A program made the translations under genes and the position numbers. From contig CDMY01000910.1 of the NCBI GenBank assembly GCA_001179505.1, positions 1 to 11,388 of the forward strand: a stretch of DNA of 11,388 nucleotides, read 5' to 3'. The stretch is from Vitrella brassicaformis CCMP3155. Its lineage: Eukaryota; Protista; Chromerida. Positions within the stretch are counted from its first letter, which is position 1. Every line of letters begins with the position of its first letter. The notes below the pieces were generated by a model that was not told the DNA's origin, did no database searches, and saw only the letters and a program-made list of their open reading frames with translations. Positions 1 to 8,039 of the stretch are shown here, in pieces.

Positions 1-457
1 TGGTCTCTCGTTTCCTGTGTTTATGTAGTACGAGCTGTGTTCGTCCTTGTTAGGTTTGTCAGGGTGGGTGTGGTTGGTGTGCTGGTGTGTCCATTTGGCG
101 AAGCGTGGCGTGCGTGAATCATTATTCATTGATTTGATCGCAGGCAGGTGCGCATCTGTCCATCCAAAGCGGCGACCGTCAGGTGAGCAAGGTATTCGCA
201 GAGAGTATTGTGTGTGCACAAGTCTGCTTTCTACAGCATGTGACCAAGTACAACGAGGAGACCCCGCCAAGAGCATGAACCTCGTGCTCTTCGACGACGC
301 CCTAAAGCACATAATGAGGATCTCACGCATCATCCAGCTGCCCTGCGCGTCGGCCATGCTTGCGGGTGTCGGCGGCTCTGGCAAGCAATCGCTCACTCAC
401 CTTGCCGGCTACATCGCCCCCCACAAGCGATTCCAGATCACCATCACCAAGACATAC
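1..457 (+). repeat. Left arm of a long inverted repeat (partner 7016-7452); the window starts inside it
   Basis: Base 1 onward (TGGTCTCTCGTT...) is the reverse complement of 7452 downward through GACATAC (457 pairs with 7016). By eye the arms differ by about 6 substitutions, a net 5-nt difference in the GGCGT repeat near 100, and a 25-nt indel. Confidence 0.97.
237..457 (+). pseudogene. Dynein heavy chain AAA4 P-loop exon fragment (outer-arm gamma-like), truncated duplicate
   Basis: Follows a CTACAG acceptor (ending 236). Translates as KYNEE-(1-nt frameshift)[65 protein letters not shown], the dynein AAA4 Walker A region. Homology stops abruptly at 457. Confidence 0.92.
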
Positions 458-531
458 AAAATACTGTATGTAGAAAGCATGAGAGACAGAATGTTTCTGT
501 ATGTATGCGGGCGGGTGCGCTGTGCGTGCAG

Positions 532-967
532 GAGATTTCGAGGGTCCAGTGATTCGCATTCTTCTGTTAAACCGGGCTACGCAGGCCGCACTGAGCTGTC
601 CGAAGCCCCAAGGCGCTCTTATCGGCGAGATCATGCTCGAATCTTTCGACTTCTCTCGGAAGATGGTCGCTACGTTCCGACATCGATCATGACAGTCTCT
701 TTTTTCGGTCCGGTCCCATGGCTGGCTGCTTGTCCGCAGGATCACTACGATTACGGTAGCGGCGAGACAGGACCCATATGGCTGACCCAGGTCACAGAGA
801 CGCATTTGTGTGTCTCTCTCCCTGTGTTGATCTGATGGACGAGGACAGGCTGCCGCTGCGGGCATTGCGAGACGTCAATAGCATAAGTTACTCACAAGAG
901 CGATCTGTTCCCGGGTGTGGAGCGGCCCACGATCGACCACGGCAGGCTGCTGGACGCCATTCAAGAG
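532..967 (+). pseudogene. Dynein heavy chain AAA1 C-terminal half, heavily deleted (inner-arm type)
   Basis: After a TGCAG acceptor (531), motifs appear in shifting frames: DFEG (534), KPGYAGRTEL (569-598, NPGYAGRTEL motif), ALIGEIML and SRKMVATFR, DHYDYG (740-757, after a CGCAG acceptor), DEDRLPLRALRDVN (838-879) and SDLFPGVERPTIDHGRLLDAIQE (899-967). Confidence 0.9.
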
Positions 968-1004
968 TCGCCAAAGGCCCTCAACGTGAAGCCAGGGTAG
1001 CCAG

Positions 1005-1112
1005 GTCATCCAGCTCTACGACACCATCCAGGTGTGACACGGCCTCATGGTTGTCGGGCACACCAGCGGTGGCAAGACCTAAAACTATCGTATCGAGTGC
1101 TCCAAAAGGCCT
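1005..1112 (+). pseudogene. Dynein heavy chain AAA2 P-loop fragment with two in-frame stops
   Basis: Reads VIQLYDTIQV*HGLMVVGHTSGGKT*NYR, with TGA at 1035-1037 and TAA at 1080-1082, followed by a frameshifted VLQKA. Matches the dynein AAA2 QLYET..VRHGLM.VG.T..GK motif as I recall it. Confidence 0.88.
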
Positions 1113-1149
1113 GCACCTCGGTGGAGGAAGTAGACAAGTCTCCTGTTTG

Positions 1150-1640
1150 GCGTGGGCCCCAAGCCAAGAAAGATCGACCTCAGGTGGCACACTGACTACG
1201 TCGCAGCACAGCTCCCAGGCTTGAATTTCTCTTTGATGTATGGATGGAGGGAGCGAGGGAGGGAGAGAGGGAGTGTCGATTGGAATCCATTTTGTGTTTG
1301 CTGGCTTCAAGCTGAAGACCCAACTCTTTTTTGCTGACCGTGTTGCCAAGGCTCACTAGCTGAGGCGTTTTCCGAGGGTCTGATTTTGTACGTACAATTT
1401 CTATATCGATAAGATGCCCACGGAGGAGATTGCTGGACACGGTAGGCACACACCCAGAGCAACCAGTGCCGGATATCTACCCTCTCATGTGTGTGTGTGT
1501 GTGTGTGTTTCAGATACTGATCAGTGACTCGTTTGTTGGATAGGCCGCCCATCTCGACACGGCCGCCTTGCTCGGAGGTCACCCTGGACTTCGCCAGGAC
1601 CATGAATAAGTTCATTTGCGAACGACACATGTCGGAACAC
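1150..1640 (+). pseudogene. Dynein heavy chain N-terminal tail fragments, DNAH1-like single-headed inner-arm type
   Basis: GPKPRKID (about 1155-1178), then AEDPTLFADRVAKAH*LRRFSEGLILYNFYIDKMPTEE (1311-1428) read across small indels (TAG at 1357, GTAC duplication at 1388-1395). A GT-AG intron at 1442-1513 is followed by HLDTAALL/EVTLDFARTMNKFICERH. This resembles the DNAH1 AEDP...YNLYVDCMP...DY.R.MNK region recalled from memory, not aligned. Confidence 0.65.
1488..1508. repeat. (TG)10 microsatellite in a dynein intron
   Basis: Seen directly, just upstream of the TTTCAG acceptor at 1513. Confidence 0.95.
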
Positions 1641-1743
1641 CCCGGTGACATCCTGTACAAAGGGATCGGACGACGTAAGGCACACACGACAGACACGCAA
1701 AGGGATGTTGTCATGTCTCTGCTGGCTGTAGGTAAGCTTAAGC

Positions 1744-2215
1744 GCGTTGCTTGACGAGCACATCCTGACGTCCCAGGCGATGAGCTCAGTCCGTTCAAGA
1801 AGCCCTTCCAGGAGGAGATAGAGGAATGGGCCGCCAAACTCGTGACAGTCTCAGAGGCACTCGACGAGTGGCTCAATTGCCGGCGGTCGTGGTTCTACCT
1901 GCAGCCCATCTTCGACTCCGACATCATGAAGCAGCTACCGGCCGAGGGCAAACGCTTCAAGTCCGTGGACAACCCTGGAAATATTCTTGAAATTCCAAGA
2001 GGCAAACAAGAACCTCGAGATCGTCTAGAAAGGTGCGCTACGCCCGTCGACGACGCGTCTCCGTCGAACCAACAGTTGTCTTGTTTGTCGCATGTATGCA
2101 GATTTGGATGATTACCTGGAGACGAAGCGCAGTTAATCATCCAGGTATACTTCCTGTCCAATGATCAGCTGCTGGAGATCCTCTCGCAGACCAAAGACCC
2201 AACACGCGTCCAGCC
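1744..2215 (+). pseudogene. Dynein heavy chain linker (DHC_N2) fragment, inner-arm type
   Basis: ALLDEHILTSQAMS-(frameshift)-SPFKKPFQEEIEEWAAKLVTVSEALDEWLNCRRSWFYLQPIFDSDIMKQLPAEGKRFKSVD, then KFQEANKNLEIV*K (TAG at 2026), intron 2033-2101, and LDDYLETKR...[23 protein letters not shown] ending at a GTAAG donor (2216). Confidence 0.93.
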
Positions 2216-2660
2216 GTAAGGAACACAATCATGACAGACACGGACCGCCGATGCGGCCAACCAATCAATGTGTGTGCGGTTTCCGGAAGAGAAGAATGAA
2301 GAACCGTGAGAGACGTCCTGTGCAAGTCAATACTCGACTATCCAACCAGGCCGAGGTGATTGATCGACGCTTGAACGGCCGGACTGGCAAATGGTCTCAT
2401 GTCTCTGCGCTTTCCTGTTGCTTGACGTAGAGCTGAGTGGGTGTTGGTGCGGGGCAGTGTGTGTTGAATGGAAGCCAGGTGCACTGGACGAGTGAGCTGA
2501 AGGGCCGTTCGACTCAGTCTCAAGAACCGTAATTGCACAAAGCAGCTGTGGTTATCACATCACGCACACATGCCTTTTGTCTTGTGCGCCGCATGCAGGA
2601 CGAATGACTTTGACGTGTGTTTTGGTTTGCTTTTTGCTCAGAATGAGATTGCATCCGCCT

Positions 2661-2693
2661 AATTCTTTGCAATTCTTTGCACTTCTTTGCAAT
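2661..2693. repeat. 10-bp tandem repeat (AATTCTTTGC x3)
   Basis: aattctttgc aattctttgc acttctttgc aat. Confidence 0.9.
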
Positions 2694-2730
2694 GACATTG
2701 TGTTGGTCACAGCACACCTCACATAAGTCG

Positions 2731-2768
2731 GTCAGTCAGTCAGTCAGTCACGATGAAGTCAGTCAGTC
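2731..2768. repeat. (GTCA)n microsatellite
   Basis: (GTCA)5 at 2731-2750 plus a partial run at 2758-2768. The same motif recurs near 9330-9344. Confidence 0.9.
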
Positions 2769-2805
2769 GGATACACTTCTGCATATCTATTTCTCCGCAG
2801 GCTGC

Positions 2806-5619
2806 CTATCGTCCACTGAATGTCCGCCGGACCAACTCGAAGGTGTCGGTGAGACGTTCTTGCGACACCCGTGCCAAGTTAGCGGCGGTCTCGGCAAAGG
2901 TGTGATCGGGGCCCTTCTTCTTCCACTCGAGATCTGGCAAAGACCGTGATAGGTCGCCGGAATCTGCAGCACCGCAGAAGCCAGCGATTGCATAAGTGGG
3001 TGGGTGGGTGGGTGCATGATTCGTACTGTCGAGCTCTGTCAGAATGTCCCTGATCTTGTCGGTCAGCTCGCAGCCAAACTCCTTCTTGTACTGATTGACA
3101 TTAAAGCCAAGTTCGCACCTCCTTCCCGTGTCTGCCCATGTGCGTGTGTTCGTCTTACCCACTCTGCCAACGACACGAGGCTCTGCGCCTTCCTTCCAGT
3201 CACCTTCTTCAAAACCAACGCAAACATGAACAGGACGGGCTTCACTGCACAACATGACGCCCCACCAGCGTCAACAGATGACACATGAGTCCACCGTGTG
3301 TGTGTGTGTGTGTGTGTGATTGAGCTGCCCTTACCGCCCACTATGATCTCGGACTTCTTCTTCTCTTCCCACACAACCAGAAGGGCATCCTCCACAAGCT
3401 TGGCATTGCGCATGTCGTCAGCACTCTGACACGCACAAAAACCAGGAGAATGAGGGCCTTGAATTGGTCTCCCACCCACCCACCCACCCACTCATCGACC
3501 CGCCCACCCACCGACCCACCAACAACCCACCCGTAGGTTGTGTCTTGCAAGGTTGATGATGCGCATCTCAGGATGGGCTGGGCGCTTGTGATTCAGGCGC
3601 CAGGAGGTCAGCTCGTCCGCTGCAAAGAAGAACGCCTTACCCCTGAGCTCCACTTCGAACGCGGCTATCTCCCTGCGGACATACAGTAGGCAGCAATGGA
3701 TGAGTGGTGTGTGCGTGAGTGGCGGCCCCTGCCGCTCTCCTACCCCTCATACAGATCCAGGCCAGCCTGCAGAACACACACGCACAGACATAGATGCAGC
3801 TGGCGTGTCGGCGGCATATACCTACCGTGCTGATGACTGCAGACGCAGCCTCGACCTACACGCATGACCACATGAGCACACGGGTGGATGACACGCGTGT
3901 GCTCATGTGTCCCGTACCACTTCTCTCGCTGAGCCGGCATTCCTTGCTGAGCCCTCATTGCTGCTGATCGACGCCTCCCTGCGCCCATGGGGCAAAGGAG
4001 GGGGAATGGGGACGAAGAGTTCACACAGGCCGTCAAGAAGCTCGGAGATGTCCGTAGGGTCCTTCGGCAGGGCAGGGGGATCCGGCAGACGGCCAGGGGC
4101 ACTGTGGGAAAGAAACCATAGAAGGAGGGCAGCAGTGATGGCGTGTGTCTGCGTGTCTGCTGGTCTCATCGGGTGTCTGCCAGCCTGCTTACATGAGAGG
4201 ACTTGCATCAGGTATGTCCTTCTGCAGGAAGGGGTGCTGCTGCAGCTCTAGTGCTGTCGGGCGGTCCTCAGGCTCGACAGTCAGACACCTGCACGAATCA
4301 AAAGGACACAGATGGATGCACTGCTCAGGGACTGATACACTGTCTTACAACTTGACGAAGTGGCAGAATTCTGGTGACCATTTCCTTTTGTCCAAATGAA
4401 CATGGACAGACACATGCGCCAGAGCTGATCGAGGGTGATGGTCACCTGAAATCCCGCAGACCCTTGGCCGGCTCATGCTTGACCTTCATCAAGGCCTGCG
4501 CACACAGAAAGCGCGAGCAGCCCTTCGGCCATTCACCGATGGCATAGACGTGTTCTGTTCTCGCCTCGAAGGTACCTTTGTTTTCGATATATTTCCGGTC
4601 GACAGGTAGGTCGCGTTCAGCCAACTCGATACACGTGACACCCAGCCCCCATATGTCAGCCTGACGCAGATACAGACACACAAGTGACAGATTCAGTGGA
4701 TGTGGTGCGCATCTTTTGTGTGAACATACCGGACTGCCATAGTGTCTCTCGAGATTTGAGGGTGGTGAGTAGACGGCCTCTGGTGCTATGTGCGTCAGAG
4801 TTCCTGACAAGACACACACACAGACACACACACACCTACCTCTGATGCTCTTCCTTCTGCCCCCATGCATCCAACCCCCCCCACCCACCGACTGGCGTCC
4901 TGCAGGCCGAAGTGTCGCCCCCGAGCTGCACACATGCGCCGAAATCACCTGCATGGCACGGCCAAGAGACGCACAGGCACAGCCATAACGATGCGTGCGT
5001 CCACTGCCCTCCTCCCCCACTTACACAACTTGACGCGTCCTTTGCGAGTGAGAAGCAGGTTGTTTGCCTTGACATCCCGGTGGACGATGCGTTTGGCGTG
5101 CATGAACGTCATGGAACGCACCAGCGCACGGACGGCATGTCGGATCTCGTCTTCGGTGAAAGACAGCTTGCCCAGGTGTTTCATGAGGCCCAGGCTGCGA
5201 TGCTCACAGTACTCCCATCACCATCTACGCACACATACACGCACACAGGAAAGGCAGAGCCATGCACTCGGTTGGCTGCACGGACTTACCCAGCTGCGGC
5301 CCTCTGAATCCTCGTGTGTGCCATAGAGATGGACGATGTCCGGGCAGGTCCTGCAGGCCTTCATCATCTCTATCTCCTTCTCGATATTCTGATGTGAGGT
5401 GCGGTCGCATTTCGTGATCTTGATAGCACGGACCTCGTTGCTGCCCTTCTGTTTTGCCCGAATGACCCTGGAGTTGGCGCTCTGCATAGAGAAAGAGACG
5501 TCACACACGAGGCGAGGGGGCGCGAAAGTTGTTTGATTGCTGACCTTTCCCACTACATCATAAGTCGTGTAAATCTCGGTGGGATCTTGAGCCTTTGACG
5601 AAGTGACAGGTGCCGCCAT
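2806..5619 (-). CDS. STE20-like Ser/Thr protein kinase with Pro-rich linker and unidentified C-terminal region; 17 predicted exons, about 560 aa; one frameshift as assembled (possible young pseudogene or sequencing error)
   Basis: Hand-spliced exons: 5619-5545, 5481-5290, 5224-5025, 4948-4889, 4803-4730, 4660-4565, 4495-4446, 4384-4349, 4288-4193, 4101-3918, 3855-3826, 3766-3744, 3672-3531, 3425-3335, 3244-3159, ~3118-3027 and 2963-2806. Phases are consistent except at the 3158 intron. Motifs: RAIK, EKEIEMM, MVM/EYCE (extra G at 5214-5216), HRDVKANNLLL, KLCDFG, GTLTHIAPE, ADIWGLGVTCIELAE, ALMKV..EP, KWSPEFCHFVKLCLTVEPEDRPTALELQQHPFL. The STE20 assignment rests on the KANN.LL, IELAE, AL..I and WS.EF..FV..CL patterns. 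Confidence 0.88.
3296..3318. repeat. (GT)11 microsatellite in a kinase intron
   Basis: Seen directly. Confidence 0.95.
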
Positions 5620-5620
5620 T

Positions 5621-6245
5621 CATCAAAGGTGTCTCCAAAGGAACAAGAGGAGCGCGAGCTTGAGCTCGCACAAAGGTGAATTGTGGGATTCTCTCCATCT
5701 TCACCACCGTATGAACTCGTCAGAGCACCGGTTCCCTTTGTGACAAGAGGCCTGGTACATCGCTAAGCGCCGTTGGACTGATGGCTCGGGGCAGCCTTTG
5801 CCGTGTGAGAAATGTCCATGTGGCGCTAACGTGCATACACGTGGGGTGAGTGAATGGCCACACACACTTGCGGCCGCCAGGCACGCACAGGCAGGTCTTT
5901 GGGCAGTCGACAGCAAGGACATGCACATGCACACAGCAAACAATCGGCTCGCCGAGTTCAAGAGTATGCCCAAAAGCAGCTCCTGCAAGCGCAAGCGCAC
6001 AGGGATGAAGTTCGTCCATACACACCTGCCTGCCTGCCTGCCTGCCGAGATAGTAAGCGCGTACTGCACCTCAGCTGTCGTGTAGCATGTCGTGTTCCAC
6101 GACAATGGCTGACCAAACTGGTTGATCCACAAGTGGCACACACACACGCACACACACACATCTTTCCCCTTTCGCAGGACCAAGTCATGTCTCTTCTCTC
6201 ACCAGCACAGTGGTTGAGACATATTTCACCAGGAAAAACGGCAAG
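5621..6245 (+). pseudogene. Unidentified spliced gene remnant (tentative)
   Basis: Candidate GT-AG introns at 5676-5723 and 5846-5890 flank an exon reading EHRFPL*QEAWYIAKRRWTDGSGQPLPCEKCPCGANVHTRG. A further exon-like piece at 6178-6245 follows a pyrimidine tract plus CGCAG. No family recognised. Confidence 0.3.
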
Positions 6246-7211
6246 GTATCGACGTCAGCCGTCGCCTCGCTGAGCTTCTGCAGCCCCACGTTGACCGCCC
6301 GCTCCAGCTTGTTGATCTCGTCAAACTTCTCCTCGTACACCTTCTTGTAGAAGTTGATGAAAAGCAGGTGCGTTTTGGGCGTCACGTACACGTGGCGACA
6401 CATACCCGCGAAGTAGAGGTCGCAAATCGTACCCACTTGTGCGTGCACCGTGTCCATCAGCCGGTAGAGCTTCTCCTTGTTCTCGGGGCTAGTGTCGACC
6501 TTGTCGTCGGACAGGAAGGCCGACGCCATGGCGATGAGGGCCTCCTCCGGCCAGCGCAGAAACCGGTCGATGGTCACGCAGCTAAAGAGGGCGGGAACTT
6601 CTGCGCACGGACCACAGGCGAGAAGCACAAGACCGCACGGAGATTGTCTCTGGATACATCGAAGGGGAGGAGGAGAGGGAAAGAGAAATGTGTAGTTGCG
6701 CTTGAACATGCCTTGGATGAAGAAGTATTGGTACATGCTGATCATGTTTTCCTCGAGCCATGGTCGCTCCTTGACGAAGTCTTTACGAATCTCAGCGCAC
6801 ATGCCGTCCCGCTCGTCCTTTTGGAAGAGCCCCGCTACCTCGCCAGTGGAGAGGACCGAGTTGAGGTACTCGAGGAAGCTCTCCTGCTTGACCTCCTGGT
6901 CCGCATCCACGTACAGACCCCTGCAGCAAGCCAGCCAGCCAGCGCCACAAGGAGACACGAAGATGGGTGTCTGCTGGTGCGTGTACCTGAGATTGTCGAA
7001 GAAGGCCTGCTCGCCGTATGTCTTGGTGATGGTGATCTGGAATCGCTTGTGGCGGGCGATTGCTTGCCAGAGCCGCCGACACCCACAAGCATGGCCGACC
7101 CGCGGGGCAGCTGCATGATGCGTGAGATCCTCATTATGTGCTTTAGGGCGTCGTCGAAGAGCACGAGGTTCATGCTCTTGGCGGGGTCTCCTCGTTGTAC
7201 TTGGTCACATG
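6246..7211 (-). pseudogene. Dynein heavy chain AAA4 to stalk-base fragment, outer-arm gamma (DNAH5/8-like) type
   Basis: [43 protein letters not shown], a 25-nt deletion, [22 protein letters not shown], intron 6986-6921, [51 protein letters not shown]-(frameshift)-ALFSCVTIDRFLRWPEEAL, HVYVTPKTHLLFINFYKKVYEEK and VNVGLQKLSEATADV. Ends at about 6246. Confidence 0.93.
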
Positions 7212-7452
7212 CTGTAGAAAGCAGACTTGTGCACACACAATACTCTCTGCGAATACCTTGCTCACCTGACGGTCGCCGCTTTGGATGGACAGATGCGCAC
7301 CTGCCTGCGATCAAATCAATGAATAATGATTCACGCACGCCACGCCACGCCACGCCAAATGGACACACCAGCACACCGACCACACCCACCCTGACAAACC
7401 TAACAAGGACGAACACAGCTCGTACTACATAAACACAGGAAACGAGAGACCA
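7016..7452 (-). repeat. Right arm of the long inverted repeat (partner 1-457)
   Basis: Direct reverse-complement comparison. The length difference of 437 versus 457 nt is explained exactly by the -25 and +5 indels. Confidence 0.97.
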
Positions 7453-8039
7453 CAAAGCTCGGACTACGGACGAAACCGTGCACAGGGAGAAGGGAGACAC
7501 AGCCCATGGCGACAACAGACAAACAGAGAGCAATTCCGTCCATGGACGAACGGACAGACGCACTGCATTTCTCAACAACAGACCCCTCCCATACGTGAAA
7601 TGCAGAGCCGTTCATGTGAAAGACTATTTCCCAGGCTCTTCACACAAGGAGTGACGCTCAGTCAGCGGGAGTGACGCTCAGTCAGCCACGAAACAGATCA
7701 GCGAGATCAGCGGAGAAGAAGGCGAGCACAGGTTTAAACGGCTCAGACTACGAGCGAGCCGTCCACGGACAGAAGTACCATCGAAGACAGTGCACCAAGA
7801 AACGGAGGCACTACCGGACACAATCAACCTCATACTGAACACAATCAACGACGCAAGCTGCCCGCCACAAAAAATGACTAAGGAAAGGGAGAGACAAAGA
7901 CAGACGAAAGCAGATGGCCCGGACTACGAGCGAACCGTGTACTACAGAGAGACATTCATGCAGCGCAGAGCCACTCATGGGGAAACCATTTCCCAGGCTC
8001 TCCGTAGGCCTTACATTGAGTCACGCAGTACCCAGTCTT
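7351..8039 (+). repeat. Direct repeat copy A (partner 8340-9008)
   Basis: Matches 8340-9008 by eye and gives identical ORF translations, apart from a 20-nt tandem duplication (GGAGTGACGCTCAGTCAGC at 7648 and 7668) present only in this copy. Confidence 0.96.

Noticed and set aside
47-835. 262-aa ORF as a real protein
   Set aside because: It is a chance read-through of repeat sequence, introns and unrelated dynein fragments (AAA4 then AAA1).
1035-1082. Stop-codon reassignment as the explanation for in-frame TGA/TAA/TAG
   Set aside because: The same fragments carry frameshifts and deletions, and the kinase exons have no internal stops and end in a normal TAG.
237-2215. Processed (retro) pseudogene origin for the dynein pieces
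   Set aside because: GT-AG introns are retained (1442-1513, 2033-2101, 6921-6986) and there is no poly(A) tail.
5654-5669. 16-nt palindrome GCGAGCT-TG-AGCTCGC as a Helitron 3' hairpin
   Set aside because: No CTRR terminus at the expected distance on either strand, and the stem is short enough to be chance.
6368-7432. 354-aa plus-strand ORF, the longest in the track
   Set aside because: Antisense shadow of the GC-rich dynein fragment, with no recognisable motif.
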